The position numbers and the translations under genes were made by a program. A stretch of 33,000 nt of DNA from Fimbriosthenelais zetlandica (taxonomy: Eukaryota), in assembly GCA_977030845.1 (NCBI GenBank), contig OZ365112.1, positions 17,360,001 to 17,393,000 of the forward strand. Reading direction: 5' to 3'. Shown in pieces: positions 13,380 to 26,600 of this stretch (positions are counted from its first letter, which is position 1; each line of letters begins with the position of its first letter). The notes beneath the pieces were generated by a model. The model did not search any database. It had not been told where the DNA came from and saw only the letters and a list, made by a program, of their open reading frames with translations.

Positions 13380-14400
13380 ACCTGCCACCCCCTCACATGC
13401 GTGAGTGGTAGCGTCCGCAGTAGGAGGAGGAGGAATGAGTGCTTGATGTGAAAGAGGCATAAGTGTCAGGAGGAGCTGAATGGAGTGGTTACCAGGTTAC
13501 ACTCTACTGGAGGAAGAGGTGAGAGCTGTGGGTGATGACACCGACATGGTCTCCTCCTCCTCCACCTTCTACTCTTAAGAGCTGTCCTCACCACATCCGG
13601 TTCACCAACTTCACAGGTTACCACTGCTGAGCCACTCACAGCTGCTCAGCTGACGTGGGAGGGCCTGGTTCACTCCCCCGACCTAATACATGAATAGACT
13701 TCCTTTAATCTCTACTCCTTCTCACCACACTCTGACTAGATCTGTCCCTTACCCAGCACAGGTGAGATGAGGATTTGTTATTAAGGCGAGGATCTGGTAG
13801 CAGACTTACACATCTACGTCCACCTCTTGTTGTTGTCTTGCCTTGATTCTCTGGGACTCGTCTGTACATGCAACCTGTGGCATCAGCATCAATGGGTGGT
13901 CTTGTGACGAGGCTCTGCTGTTGCAAGTTTGACATTAGGAGAGGAGCACATTCAGTGACAACAGAAGCCAGTCAGCTATAGCTCTTGTAGGAGTAGTTGG
14001 CCTTTTACCTTTTGTCCTTGAATACTGCCTCTCAGACTCGGCCACAGTCTCTACACATACTGCTCCTACATCTCGCCTTTATCTCCCCTAGACCCCCTCT
14101 CCCGTCCTCATTTGTTACTCCTTAACGTTGGCAGAACAGTGTCTATGAATGCCCGTGGATGAAGCCTGGCAGTCGGTCTGAGACTGTAACAGAAGTATAT
14201 CACCGACCCACCACTGTATTTCACCACCAAAACACGACAGGCCATTAGAGGAGTAGATGTATACCAGCGTGGGACGCCCACCCTCAATCTGACCAACAAC
14301 TAGCCTCTCCAGCCAGAGGGGGAGAGAGGAGAGGAGCAGCAGGACGTGGAGAAGGTAGCTCCTATAAAGCACAGTGGTGATAAAGGCACCTGAGAGACGG
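13380..14400 (-). other. Low-complexity, GC-richer segment (GAG/CTC runs) that would encode S/T/P/E-rich sequence, preceded by a Leu-rich hydrophobic stretch
   Basis: Runs such as GGAGGAGGAGGA and CTCCTCCTCCTCC; minus-strand translations include KVEEEETMSVSSPTALTSSSS, LIPPPPTADAT and YLLHVLLLLSSLPLW. Confidence 0.4.
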
Positions 14401-17400
14401 GAGAAGTGAATGTAATATCAGCATTCTGCCAGCAACACGTCCAACACCAGCAATTTAATCCCGGACACATGGTATCTCACACTCCATACAGCCCTTTTTT
14501 CTGCTCAGCCTTTTAATCTGCATCCAGAACGCCCGGAGCCAAGCAACAACTGAGGTAAGTTGGTCATGTTGTTCATCTCCCTTACAATACATTTCACTAC
14601 TGTTTCTTTATATTCTCATGGCGAATAACATTTTTGGTTGTGCCTTTGACCTATATTCAACATCGAATTTGTCTCGGATGATAATCAATTGATGCTGTAC
14701 TGCACTGCTTTATATAAGGAATTTGATGTCTTAGTAATTTTACACTAAGGTTTAAGTGATGAGAAGTTTCCGTGACTCAACCCATGGTGTCAGAAGGACC
14801 AAAGACATCATTAGATGCATACAAATATCATGTTCATTCACCATGGCTGTTCTCCCAGCACATATTCTTTGAAGTTTTAGTCCAATGCCTCCTTAAGGCA
14901 ATTTAATTGGCTTAAGTAGTGAATGCACTGTAAATCAAATCTGTTTACTGAATGCATCATCTACCTATTTCTAATGGTGTTTTTGTTTTGTTCCAGGTTG
15001 TGCATGAATACCCATGGCATGTGCTTCTCTTACTTGAGGTGTACAGCACTCTGATGTGATTTTACCAATAACATCAGAGAGTCGTGGATGGTACAAGAGG
15101 AAAATAAAGCTTAATCCGAAATGAGCCAAGATGAAGAGGACTTCATAAACAACAGGTGGGCATTGACTTTATATTCAGCAGCAATATCATCTCTTATTCC
15201 TGTTTGTCCACTCCGGGGTCTTTTCCATATTGACAATAAGCCCTGCTGCAATTAGCATTAACATCTCAGGAAAACGACAAGGGGGTCTATATTTGTACTG
15301 GTGTGACATATATATGGCAAAACTTTGTTTATAACAGGTGCATGTTTTAGAGTGTAAAGGGTTAGATCAATTATCCTCAGCATTAAACCCATATCAACAC
15401 AGGGCGTAGCACTGTTAGCAGGAGACAAAAGCTCTTCCCTCAGTTTCCATCTCATTGGGGGATGTTTTCAAACTATCGTATATCAGAGACATGCTCATAT
15501 ATGTAAAAACCTTTATGGTTATTACTTGATACTTGAATCCACGAGGTAATGCACTATGTGGGCGATTTCTTGATGCCACATATTGTACTCGGGGTGTAGA
15601 GAACTTATGAAGTCTCGGTGCCATACTGGTACTGTCAGGCCAAGTATTTTGGCTCAAGTTAATGCGGGCTTGTCTTACTCTTAAAGTAATTGTCCGTCGA
15701 AAAGGAAAGGAGGAGTCTCGTCTTCCTAATATAATCCTCTCCCATCCTACCCGTCACTTTCATCAGACATATGTTTCGTTACCTGAGTCTGTCTAATAAG
15801 AAAAGTAAACCCAACCTTCAAGCCACATTACTACATACACCTTTCTTATTATTCTGCCACCTGTGCAGTTCCCTTCTCATACTCCACCTATTCTTTAGAT
15901 GTCTCTTTCCCTCTTAATTCCAAGCCTTTCCAATGTATTTCACAGTGTTAAACATTCTAGAATATTGTTTAGAATTTAGACATATCTTATACAAACATAT
16001 TTCACGCTACAAGCTGGTGTTGAATTTGATCAAATGGACAACGTTTCGGTTGTTTTTTCGGTGTTTCTGATTTGTAATTAGAGTTAGATTTCATTTTAAG
16101 ATATTTATGAGAATGGGATGAAAGAATAAATTTGAAAGCCGTCAGCACCTGAACCAAGTCGTTAATCACAGCTGGGAGTGGTGTTCATAAATTGAAATGA
16201 GGAAGCTTTTGGTCTTATTTTAATCATCATATATTATCTGATCCATACTGGCCTGTCAGTACTCATGATGTATTTCAATATTTATTCTGATCTATCAAGT
16301 GAACTTTTGTTCATACCTTATTCGATTAAATATTTAATGTCATCATATTCATTCTATTGCTTTCAGGAAAGGCCTAACCATGGACTACATCTGATGAAGT
16401 TTGTGATTTCTACATAAAGCAATCAACACTCGATACTTATTTCCTCTCAAGCAGAATTAGATTTACATAAACAAGGCTCGTCTCATCATCAAGGAAAGAA
16501 AGGAGCCAGCAAATCATTTACAGAACGCTCACAGGTTATTATCCATCAAATCCCTCACCGCGCCAATGTCCGCTTTGGAAGATGATTCCACAGCAGGATG
16601 ATATTTGATGCAGGCTTTAATGCGCCCAAACATTGCCTCCGACTAAAACCGACACAGCCATGCAATATGGGCGAGTCTGAGACCCACCTTGATCATTTCA
16701 GCCTCCTGTGGTTATGCGCAGTTTTTTAACTTGGCATCATAGTGATAAACCTTCTCATGGGGGCGCAGACCTTCCTCCCAGCCACACCCTCAGTTAGATA
16801 AATGTGCAGTTTATTGCTCAAGGCAGGTTTGCCTTTGCCCGGTCCCTGAGCGTTGACAGAGAGACACAAGGGGTGGGATGCACAGCCTGTGGGACTCGTC
16901 ATCTGACCCTCAATGTGATTGAGGTGTGGATGCTTTGATGTGAAGGCACTGTGCTCACACCTGCCTCTACCAGCACATATTGCCACCTGCTGCTCACAAG
17001 ATGATCCTTGAAGAGCAAGGGAGCAGCTCATTTCTCTGACGCTGAAACCAATGGTTCACAACAGATTGCTTGAAACCTTGGCAAGCAGGGCTGGAAACTA
17101 TCTCTCTTTCCACCAAAGATCATTTTCATTTTCCACCAAGGACCCGAGTAGAAAATGCCGCAGGACGCCCGCAAGTGTTAAAGGAGGATGTGAAGTCTTC
17201 AGAGAATCGATGCTCTTGATGTCCTTTGAAGCATTATGGTCGGATGAATCTCTTTTGTAGTCTGGGTTAGACATTATGGGTTTGTGCCACCGTCCTACAT
17301 AGAAAAAGAAGAACTTTGTTTGAATTTTGATATGAAAGAAAGCTTTTTATAAGGACATCATAGCAGTGCTCTACATGCCATTTGCATCGTATTACATCTT

Positions 17401-20400
17401 CTGCAATACATTGTCCCTTTGGAAAATGCTATGAATCAAATACTTACACAAGAAAGATATTCATATTTCAACAAATGATAGAGGACATATAGAAGCCCAG
17501 CCCGTTAATATTGCTGCCTTCTATCTGTAAAGAAAACTAGCATAATTTGTTATTGACAGCCAGGTCAAACAAGAAGCCCCTTCTCAAACTGTACCCAAAT
17601 CTGCTCAGGCGGCCATTATTTATACAAGCACCTGTAAGTATACATTTTTTTCTACTTTGATGTTCCTGTCAAGGAATAAATCTATATATATACACCTATA
17701 TGTATTCCGAGGACACTTGCTGAGATATGTTGTACAGCTTCGTTTCTGCGCGATGTATCGCCGAACATTCGTATATCATACAGATCGCTGCAACAGCTTT
17801 GTGATTACCAATTATTGCCAAGTTACTTGTACTAGGGAGTGTACTTACTATGCATTTTTGCACATTGATTTCGTCACATATAGTATGAGTGTCTGATATA
17901 CTGATCTCTAGAAAATCCCAATATGTATAGTTCGACTAATTGATTCCCTTCCATCATTTCATATTTAACTATGGTCAACTTTGCTGAATGTGAGTGGTTG
18001 CATTATGAATATAGGATGGCATTAGCCACATGTCTCGGCCTCAATTATAAGTCTAACCACCCCAAGATCAAGCCATAAGTGTCCTGGTCGGGCGCCAGCC
18101 TCGTGATTACCTCTGATAAGTCGCCGTAATTGTAGGCCATCGCATGCTGCCATGCTGTTACCAGCAACCACCCTCTCCTCCCTTAACTCCTCTCATTTTG
18201 TGAGAGGCAATTCTAGACTTGATTTAAATGCCATCACACAAAACACATACATCATAATATCCCCTGCAGGACCCATTCATCATAGATTGGCCCACGCTTA
18301 CACTGTTCTAATCCTGTGTCAATTCAGTTGGTAAGTTGTACAGGAAGATGGCCCAGGAGTGCAGGCTATAGTGTCTGATCCATGTGAAGGCTCATCTGAA
18401 CTGGAACTGATAAAACTCTACCATGGACTGAAATGAGGAAACGAATTATATAACTTTTCATTTATTACAACTAAGTTGGCTTATGTCTCGATCACTGCTC
18501 GGTATTGGAATCATCTTGCGTTTGTTTGAAGCCTTACTGCTGATGATTTAAGGTGTGGAGGAGCAAGGAATTCTCCTCTTGTTAATAGGTTTGGTGGAGC
18601 AGGTGGTTAGTCCACCATTTCTCATTTTGTGCTAAGTAGTTTAATATTATGCGATGAAAGGACGTAATTTGTAGCACCTCATTGCCACTAAATCCAACTC
18701 TTTGAATACTAATTAAAGCTTATTACATTGCTAGTCATTCCATAAGTTGTCAGCCAATTTCAATTACCACTTGGTTGTATCCTAGTGATACTATTAACCT
18801 GAATGAGATCGTTTCAATTGGTAATTATTTCCTAATGCAAAATGCCTTCTAACAATTAAGGTCAATGACAGAAGAAAGTGCGTAGATTGTTAATCATATA
18901 TTTTTTGTGCCAGCATTGGTATAAGTGGGAAATCAGGATCTGGTTGTGTATACATGTCTCCCTCTTGGAAAATTGTCGCCCTCTCAAAACAATGAATTAT
19001 TTGTACATTTGATGGATGTCTGGAAACTTAGTCTCTCCTCTGTCTCTGTGTGTGTCAGCTCCCGAGGACAAAGAGGATGGCATTCTGCCTCAAATATCGT
19101 CCATGATGGATGATAGATGGTATAGACACAGAAACAATGCCCCAGACACCAATGATTGATTACCAATGAACGTACTGAATCTTCACTCCCTTATTCTATC
19201 ACTGCCCATGTATATTGTATGTCCACCATAAGTCCATCTCTACATGAATTCTGAAAAACATGCTTGTTGCTTTAAGAACACCATGTTAGGGGGCGGGGAC
19301 ATGGTTTTGGCTCGACTCGAATATGGGAGGTCCTGGACTCATTTCACAAGCTGCGTCGAAATTTTCCTTGGTCCGTCCATCTGCATTGCTGCTAAGTGGG
19401 CTTTCAAAGTCCATGCAGGCCCATGTCTGCCAGTATGTAGTGAGAGGCATGAAAAAGACCCATTGCTGCCAAGAGAGAAGAGCAGGCCATAGAGCTGACA
19501 TCATGTTTCCTCCTTGTGGCGATATGGCTCTGCCTGTTGCTGGGACGTTAAACCCCAAACAACCAACAACCTATAGAGGAGGCTGATGTTAAATAGTTAC
19601 TCTATAAAGGGCCCTTTTCTCATTCTCTACGTTAAATTGTATCGATAGAACTATGAAATTGGTGGATATGTATCTGAGAACTGCAATGAGTTTGGGCAAC
19701 TTCTTTCTTTCTTACGGCCAAATAACCATTCAGATGACGAGATAGTGTCCTGAGATAAGGGCTAGCGTTTAATAGGACCGGTGCATCTTGGAATTCGCGT
19801 GCGGCCCGGAATCGATTTGTTTAAGTACCAGATGTTTAATAGTCAATAGCTCGTCGATTTTATGTCCACTTACACCCTCACTGCGGTGACGCCATTGTAC
19901 AGATTCACCCGGCCACTCCAACGATTACCTCCTCTTCCTCCCAAGACCATTTCCAGAAGAACTGCCTTCTAGACATTTCTGATGAATCAAAGTCAGAACT
20001 GACCTTTGTTGGTGCGAGTCATTTCCACCAGCTGAATTGGGTGCACATTGGCCTTATGTTAGAACGTTCCTATTTCTTTTAACTGCCCCAGAAGGCTGGC
20101 GTAGAGGACAGTGAGTTATAAGTTAATTTTCCACTCCAGTGTTTTCGCCCATCTGAACATTGCTAAAGGCTTTCAAACTAAGGCTGTATGTAAGCAAGAC
20201 AGGGTGCTGGGGAATAGTATCTCCCTCGCAGGGAGACTTCGTTGAGACTGATCACTCTCTGGGGACCAGTTATTGTATATTGGTGCAAGTTGTATGCGCT
20301 GGGCAATATGCATGCGAACAGCTTGTGAAAAGGGCATTCAAGGGAGCAGCTCTCTCAGTGTTAATTCATTTGTAGAAGTCGTGAAGTGATGGCCCACCTG

Positions 20401-22849
20401 GGGATCTAAGTTGGAAAACTTCTCAAGTGTAATGCAATGCCCATGTGGATAGAATTGTTTACCTATATATATTTTGCTCAAGGGTCGATAAGAAAACCTA
20501 ATTTGGTACCAGTGTGATGTTATGCTTCAAAGACCTATCATAGACCTAAATCTGTTATCCAATCCTGTAAGTGTATTAATCGGTAAGTGATTTAGACATC
20601 ACCCCTACATCTATACATATTAGTACAGGCCCGATGGGGACGAAGCGAAATTTAGGTGGGAAGAATTGGCTTGTCCTTAATGGACGATTAGGCTTCAAGT
20701 CTTAGAAGCAGTCATTCGAGGCAGACCTTTCCATGCTGTCTGTATGGAAAGTTTCCTCTTGCCTAATAGACTTCCCCGAACCCTCTACTAAGGAGTCGGG
20801 TAGCCGGATAGCCCGCCAGCCTTTTGGCTCCAGGGGAATGTTGTTATGTATTGGCTTTCAAGGATGAACTGATGGCCTTCCAAATGCTTCTCCCCAGTGG
20901 CCAACCACGCAATTAGACTGACATTGTGTCTCTGGTGGACGAAGTCTTCTTTATTCATACCTATCTAGCCTTTCACATGGTCCTCCTGGGCCTCTCACCT
21001 ACCGTTAGCTGACGATTGCAATCCAATCTGAAGTAAGGTAAGAATTATATATACTGTAGTTGACACAGACCCGAGTGGCCCCTCTTCTGCACTGTTCTCA
21101 GTCCCCTCTCCAATAGATTGCCTTGTAAGAGCAAATTCTAGCTCTACCTCAGCTTGTGAATCATGGGGCACGATTCACCCCTCCAGCAGTCTGTGCTTGC
21201 GGTGGTCGAGTTGTGCTAATGCTATAGGCTAGCCCCCTCTATCGACCTTCATCATATTATTTAAGCCCAGCTCTGGGCTTTTTGTGAGGAGTTAGTGGAG
21301 ACCTAGACATTGAAGTGATGGAATGATCAATGTCCCCGCATTAATCTGCCTTGTGAGTGTCTTTGTGTGGCCTCCGGGTAGCCCATATGATTGTGGCAAA
21401 TCAAGATCACTTATAAATGGCTTTTCCTAGACAAGCTCTATGATAGCACGCTAATTTACTTCACATCAAAGCTAGCTATCTTACACTCCTTCTCATTCAC
21501 CCACAGCTCGTCTGTATTTGGGTAAGAAATACCCAGTGTGCTGTAATGCATGACATCTCTAGAGCTGACAGCTGCTACCACCATGTTCATTTGTGAAAGC
21601 AAGCGGTGGTCGTATTTCCCCCGCCCATTCCTTTTGATAAAAACTACAATCAATTAGTGATTCCCCTTGTTGTTGCCAAGTCTTTTAGTATTCATAAGAG
21701 ATGATACAGCCTCAGGGTGTTGGGACACTGTCAATTTTTCACTGCCCATCCGGTTTGTGATTCATGGGCATCATGCTGTGTTTATTCCCAGAGTTACCAT
21801 GGTAACTCCCTCTGTTACCAGGGTACCATTCAATCCGGTCATGTTTTCCATTACTGAAACCTGTCATTTACTGGGACCAGCATGACAAACATCCTATGCC
21901 CCACTTTGTCTTCATTTTTGCTCCCATCAGAGCTTTCCGTGTCCATCATTTCTTCTGACCATGCCACGTTTGTTGTTCTTCCTGACAGCCAACCAGTCGT
22001 ATATATACAGAGGAGGGTGAATGTCCTGGGTATTTTTCTCTGCTATTCCTAATGAATGTTTTCTGTGATGCCTGACACAAGAAGGTTGTATAACCCGAAT
22101 GCTAGAAAAAGGACGCCATGAATGTTATGACCAACATTAGCAGTGACTCGGTGATGCCAAAGCAAAGACCTCAAAACGACATTGCACACAAGACCCTCAC
22201 ATGATAGAAATTACTGGTCGTTGAGTTTTATTGACATCCGCATTCTCCCCCCTTGCCCATCAATATGGCTAGCAGTACTTTGATCGCTGCCCCATGTGCA
22301 CAAACAATTGGACATTGCTCAAACAATCGAGCTCTGATCGATCCAGTCACTTCCGGCACAGCTCCCTCCACCATCCCACCTTGCCGGAAGTGCCCGCCAT
22401 GCATGCGCAGCAGAGTCACCAAGTGACTTAGGCCGGTACTAATGGTTATCTCATTTGTCAGTAATATTCTCTGGCCCAGCGCGATCACTGATTGGCCCAG
22501 TCAGAGCCAGGCTTATCCATCATAACCCCCACCAAGCCCTTCTACCCGAGCTCACTTTATGGCGCCTGAGCTGATGGAGCATTGCAGGATATTGAGGGGT
22601 GGGCTAGTGACCAGTGAGGTGCAACCCAAGGGAGCAGTCTCCGACAGAGGGGAGGAATTCACGGCTGGTACGCCAAGCAAGCGCCAACATCAAGCCTCAT
22701 TAGGGATCCGGGCTGGGCACATTAAGGCGGCTTTATGTGACCCACTGGCTTACTGCAGCAACGTGACATAACACTTCCAAACCAAGTCAGACTAGTGATA
22801 CCAGCCCTGCCTAAAATAAACAACCTGTAAAAATAGTCCATGTAAATAA

Positions 22850-23660
22850 ATAGAGCCGCAGTAAATTTGAAATCTCGAGACCCAAGTCATAGAGAGAACA
22901 CTATAGATGTCCGCATCCTTATCACGTTCCCCTCTGAGGAAAGTTAAAAATAATCTTCCCATTATTTCTGAATTCATTAATATTAGAAATACAATCTATT
23001 CTATCTACAATACCTAATTGGTATCGACAAAGCTTTAGATGTCCAAATGGAGGCCATTAACATGGCTTATACCTCACTATTACAGCTTTCGGATCTCATT
23101 GACCCATAATATCCAGACCCATAGCATGATGAAAGGGGAATGGGAAGGAGACCTTCCTTAATCATGTCCATTTGTAGCAGAGCTCACTTATTCCTCTTCA
23201 TTTATTCCATCACGTATTCCTCTCTCATAGTAAAGGCTTAGCTGAATCCTCCGAGGAATGATTACTGGAGCAGTGGTGGGTCCTCTGGGCCCAGGGTGAG
23301 GACCCCTGCGATTTATATCATCACCATATAGTGTGATCCTATCAATATTATTAAGGGCGATGGGTGGTGCACATGGTGATAACTGCTCGCTGAATACAAG
23401 CATCCAACCCTTGAATATCTCCATCTCCATGTCTTACAGGTCCTCAAGTCATTCATGAGTCCTAATATATTAAAGAGGCTGCAGAAGTTTAAGTTTACGT
23501 TCAATTTTAGGCCTACATGTCATTGCAGTATAAACTGGACAGTTTTATCATGTAAGTTGAGCTTTTTAGGGACATGCTGGTGATCATTTGGTGGATGGTC
23601 GATTCCCAGCCCCTAATGAATATCCAGTACATATTGACTTGTGACCCTGATTTACATAAA
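22850..23660 (-). pseudogene. NS5/NS5B-like RNA-dependent RNA polymerase palm remnant
   Basis: F-like KSGSQVNMYWIFIR (23612-23653); SLFNIL (23463-23480, cf. pestivirus PLFNIF ~20 aa before motif A); motif A GDIQGLDACI (23393-23422). Motif B (23058-23104) reads ggt caa tga g-a tcc gaa agc tgt aat agt gag gta taa gcc atg tta, i.e. GQ*xSESCNSEV*AML, cf. pestivirus GQRGSGQPDTSAGNSML. Motif C (22947-22963) reads aat ggg aa- gat tat ttt, i.e. NG-DYF, ~36 codons after B. B and C each need a 1-nt indel repair. Confidence 0.55.
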
Positions 23661-26600
23661 GAACCCACGAGCCTTGTCTAAAGAGAGCTGCTAAATTCAG
23701 CAGGGATTTCAACAGGTCAAAGACCACACTGTTTCACCCCAGGCATTGTGTAGAAAAGTAGCAGGAGATGATGTAGGAGTGTGCCCACAGGGATATAGCT
23801 AGTCAAAGATTAAGGTGAATTAAGAGGCCTTTATCAGCCTGACTTAAATGGCTATAACAGGACTGTGGATCCCAGTGGAGCCATCAAGGAACTAAAGTGA
23901 ACTTATGTGCATCATTGCCCACAATACATTATCCTTACCTCAGCCAAATCAGAATTTATAGGGAAATCTTTGGCATGATATTTAAGAAGTTATCCTTTTG
24001 CATTGGCCAAAGAAGCCAATGCAGAAAAAAGCCGTACAGAACCGCCCCAGGTAAATTTGATACTCCTGTCTTTTTATCTCTGTACCTGTCATCACTTTTT
24101 TCGAGTGGCTTCCAATTGTTATGACAGCCGATCGATATTTAGCTCTCCTCCTCTGTACTTAACAAAGAATCCCTTCTCAGCTGACAAAGGAAATGTCACA
24201 ATCCACGTCGGCATATATATTTTTCACTTCACATATAGAAACCGGTGCTCGTTCTGGCTTCTTTCTGTCAAGGCATGAGGCATAATTAGAAGTCCATGCC
24301 AATGAACCTGTCTAACGCTTTGAAAACAATGTGAAGATGTGACTTTATGGAGTGTTTGAACGCCCCAGGCACTCTCAACATGCACGTCAACGAATCTTCA
24401 CGCGCAGCTGAAGCTACCTAGCTATTGATGACTATAACTACTCACTTAGAATAAAATAAAATGTATTTGTCTTGGACTCTTCTGTGCTTCAGTCGGGTAC
24501 AAATGAGCTCCACTAAATATTAGTATTATGTCCATTGCCTTTTCCTCCATGAAAGTAATATTTATTTTCTCATTTCACCAAAAGGATGCTGCTAATGCAG
24601 TAAACATTAAGTTCGGTTCATAATTCCGATGATTACCTTTTATAGCTCAGGCAACAAAAGATTTTGTGCAATTGAAATCCCCGGTGAAATTGAATGGACG
24701 TACCAGTGTTCCCTCACGAATAGAAGCTTTTGTCTCTTTCCAAGAAGTTGTCAAGATCTTTGGGAAATCAGTGTTAAATTGGCAAAGGAATTAAGGAATT
24801 TTTGCCATAGCATGTAGACTTATTGATTATGCTGGTGCCACAATCTATTCCAGTGAAAGACGTTTATTTCTGTACTTTTTAGCACCGATTGCGACTCCTT
24901 TATTATTGATAGTCGGATACTAATATTTCCCAGTAATTGTTCACATTCCCTTTCTGAATTTAAATAGTCTCAATCTGAATCCATGCAATAGAAGCATTGG
25001 AAATGAAATATTCCCCTTGGTTGAAGTATGACCCTGAGTTATCCCGCTATTTCCAAACCCCTCGTTAAAATTCAGAGCAGGACCTGATCAAGGCATCGTG
25101 ATGATTTCAAATGATTTTATGCTTGCTTGATTCCCCTACAAAAATTTCACTCACAGCTTGAGCGAGTAATCGCTAGTGGCTTATTCTGTGGTTGACGGAG
25201 TCGGTGAGAACTGTTTCCTATGTGGTCTCACGAGCAGGATGCTAATTGCTTTGTGAACTCGCCTCTTCACTTCGCCTCAGCTTTGATGATTCTCTCTCCT
25301 CGGTTCAATCTCATACACTCCTGTACCCATCCCACTCTGCAGCCTGCCACTCTCAACAGATTATACGTGCTGAAGTCTCTGCTCTCTGTCTTATACAATC
25401 TACTGCAATTCCTCCTCAGCAACCCCGACGCCGGGAATCTTTGATTCCCTTCCTCTACATGCCATATGAGCGAGCTCTCCCTTTTAACAATGCCCCCCTT
25501 AATACATACTTGTGCTAAGAACTTCAGGTCAGTCTCCTTTGTCCAAATTCCTTAACAGTCTAGCTAAAATGATCTTGCCAGTGTCTCCTCTGCCACTTCA
25601 TATATTGAGTCTCATTTAAGAGATTTATATCTGTTTAACCTAAAGAAATGCTTACAGAGAACACGCAAGATCACTCCCTGATTGATTAAATAACTCATCG
25701 ACATAACAATGGATAATTGATTGTATGGGGATAAACAAGGGATAAAAAGATGTAGGCCTACCACGCTCAGTTTATACATCAATATACAATCGCTCGGCAT
25801 GCAGTAGAAAGTTTTTGAGTGTGGATGTGAACTCTCATTTGTGAGGGTAATCCCCCCCACTTAGTGTTGGATCACCAAACCAAGCTAAATGGACAGTATC
25901 ACCCCAGGTAAGATATCATCATGAATTGTTGGGTGAAACTCAATTGCCTTGAATGTTGATAGCCAGCCTGAACTACCTTCCTAAGCATCTTTTCCCACTT
26001 AACGGCCACTGGCAATCACATACAAACAATCGAAGCCCATAGTCCCAGGTCCCCTACCCAATTACTGACAGGCTGAACGCTCCCATGCCCTCCTCTTTAT
26101 CTAGGTTTTCTCTCCCTCTCTCTGTGGGATCCCATAAAGCAGTGGGACTTTCTTGGGACCTTCCCATGTGTTTTTGCACTGTGCCTGCTTGTGGCCCTAT
26201 AGCCATCAGTGTTCCCCATATCAGCTGCCATTTGTTGGGGGTCTCGCAGGGCCCAACCAACCTCACCGGAAGGACTATTTTAGCCTTGACTCCTGCCCTG
26301 AATGCCTAACACCCGGCGGCCATTAGGTGGGCCGAAAAGCGACTCGTGACCTGGGCCATTGAGCAACTTGGAAGGGAAGCTAGGGCCCCACTCAGCACCA
26401 TGAAATGGGCCTCTTGTCAGCATTTGAAGTAATGGAGTCGCAGCCAAAGCACAGAAATCTCACTCTATCGACGATCAGCGGAGTGGAGGAGGAACTGGTA
26501 TCAATGTGCTGGGGGTGCTTGGAGATATGCAGCTGCTGGCACCATGGGGAGAAAGGCTTCCCCTGGGAGAGATAGCGGGGAAGGGGAGTGACCGTCATAT

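Larger units (their letters stand above)
1..22000 (-). pseudogene. Extended decayed coding-like region of unknown proteins downstream of the RdRp
   Basis: Hand translation gives long protein-like runs on the minus strand broken by stops. ORFs 12245-12454, 11978-12163 and 11150-11410 share one frame; ORFs 5358-5570, 4563-4823 and 3384-3650 share another. The minus strand looks purine-rich by eye throughout. No family could be named, and stop depletion is only modest. Confidence 0.4.

Noticed and set aside
16825-16848. QGPGKGKP as Walker A
   Set aside because: Does not fit [AG]x4GK[ST]; no supporting motifs.
20765-20792. LVEGSGKS as Walker A
   Set aside because: Lacks the first Gly/Ala, sits in low-complexity sequence, and has no Walker B.
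21263-21283. Hairpin AAGCCCA-GCTC-TGGGCTT followed by TTT as an intrinsic terminator
   Set aside because: A single short stem is expected by chance in 33 kb, and there is no prokaryotic gene context.
23317-23331. LYGDD in ORF 23188-23430 as RdRp motif C or as a LINE RT YADD motif
   Set aside because: Only ~30 codons after motif A and upstream of the motif B candidate, so the order is wrong. No other RT motifs. Kept only as an alternative if the B/C repair fails.
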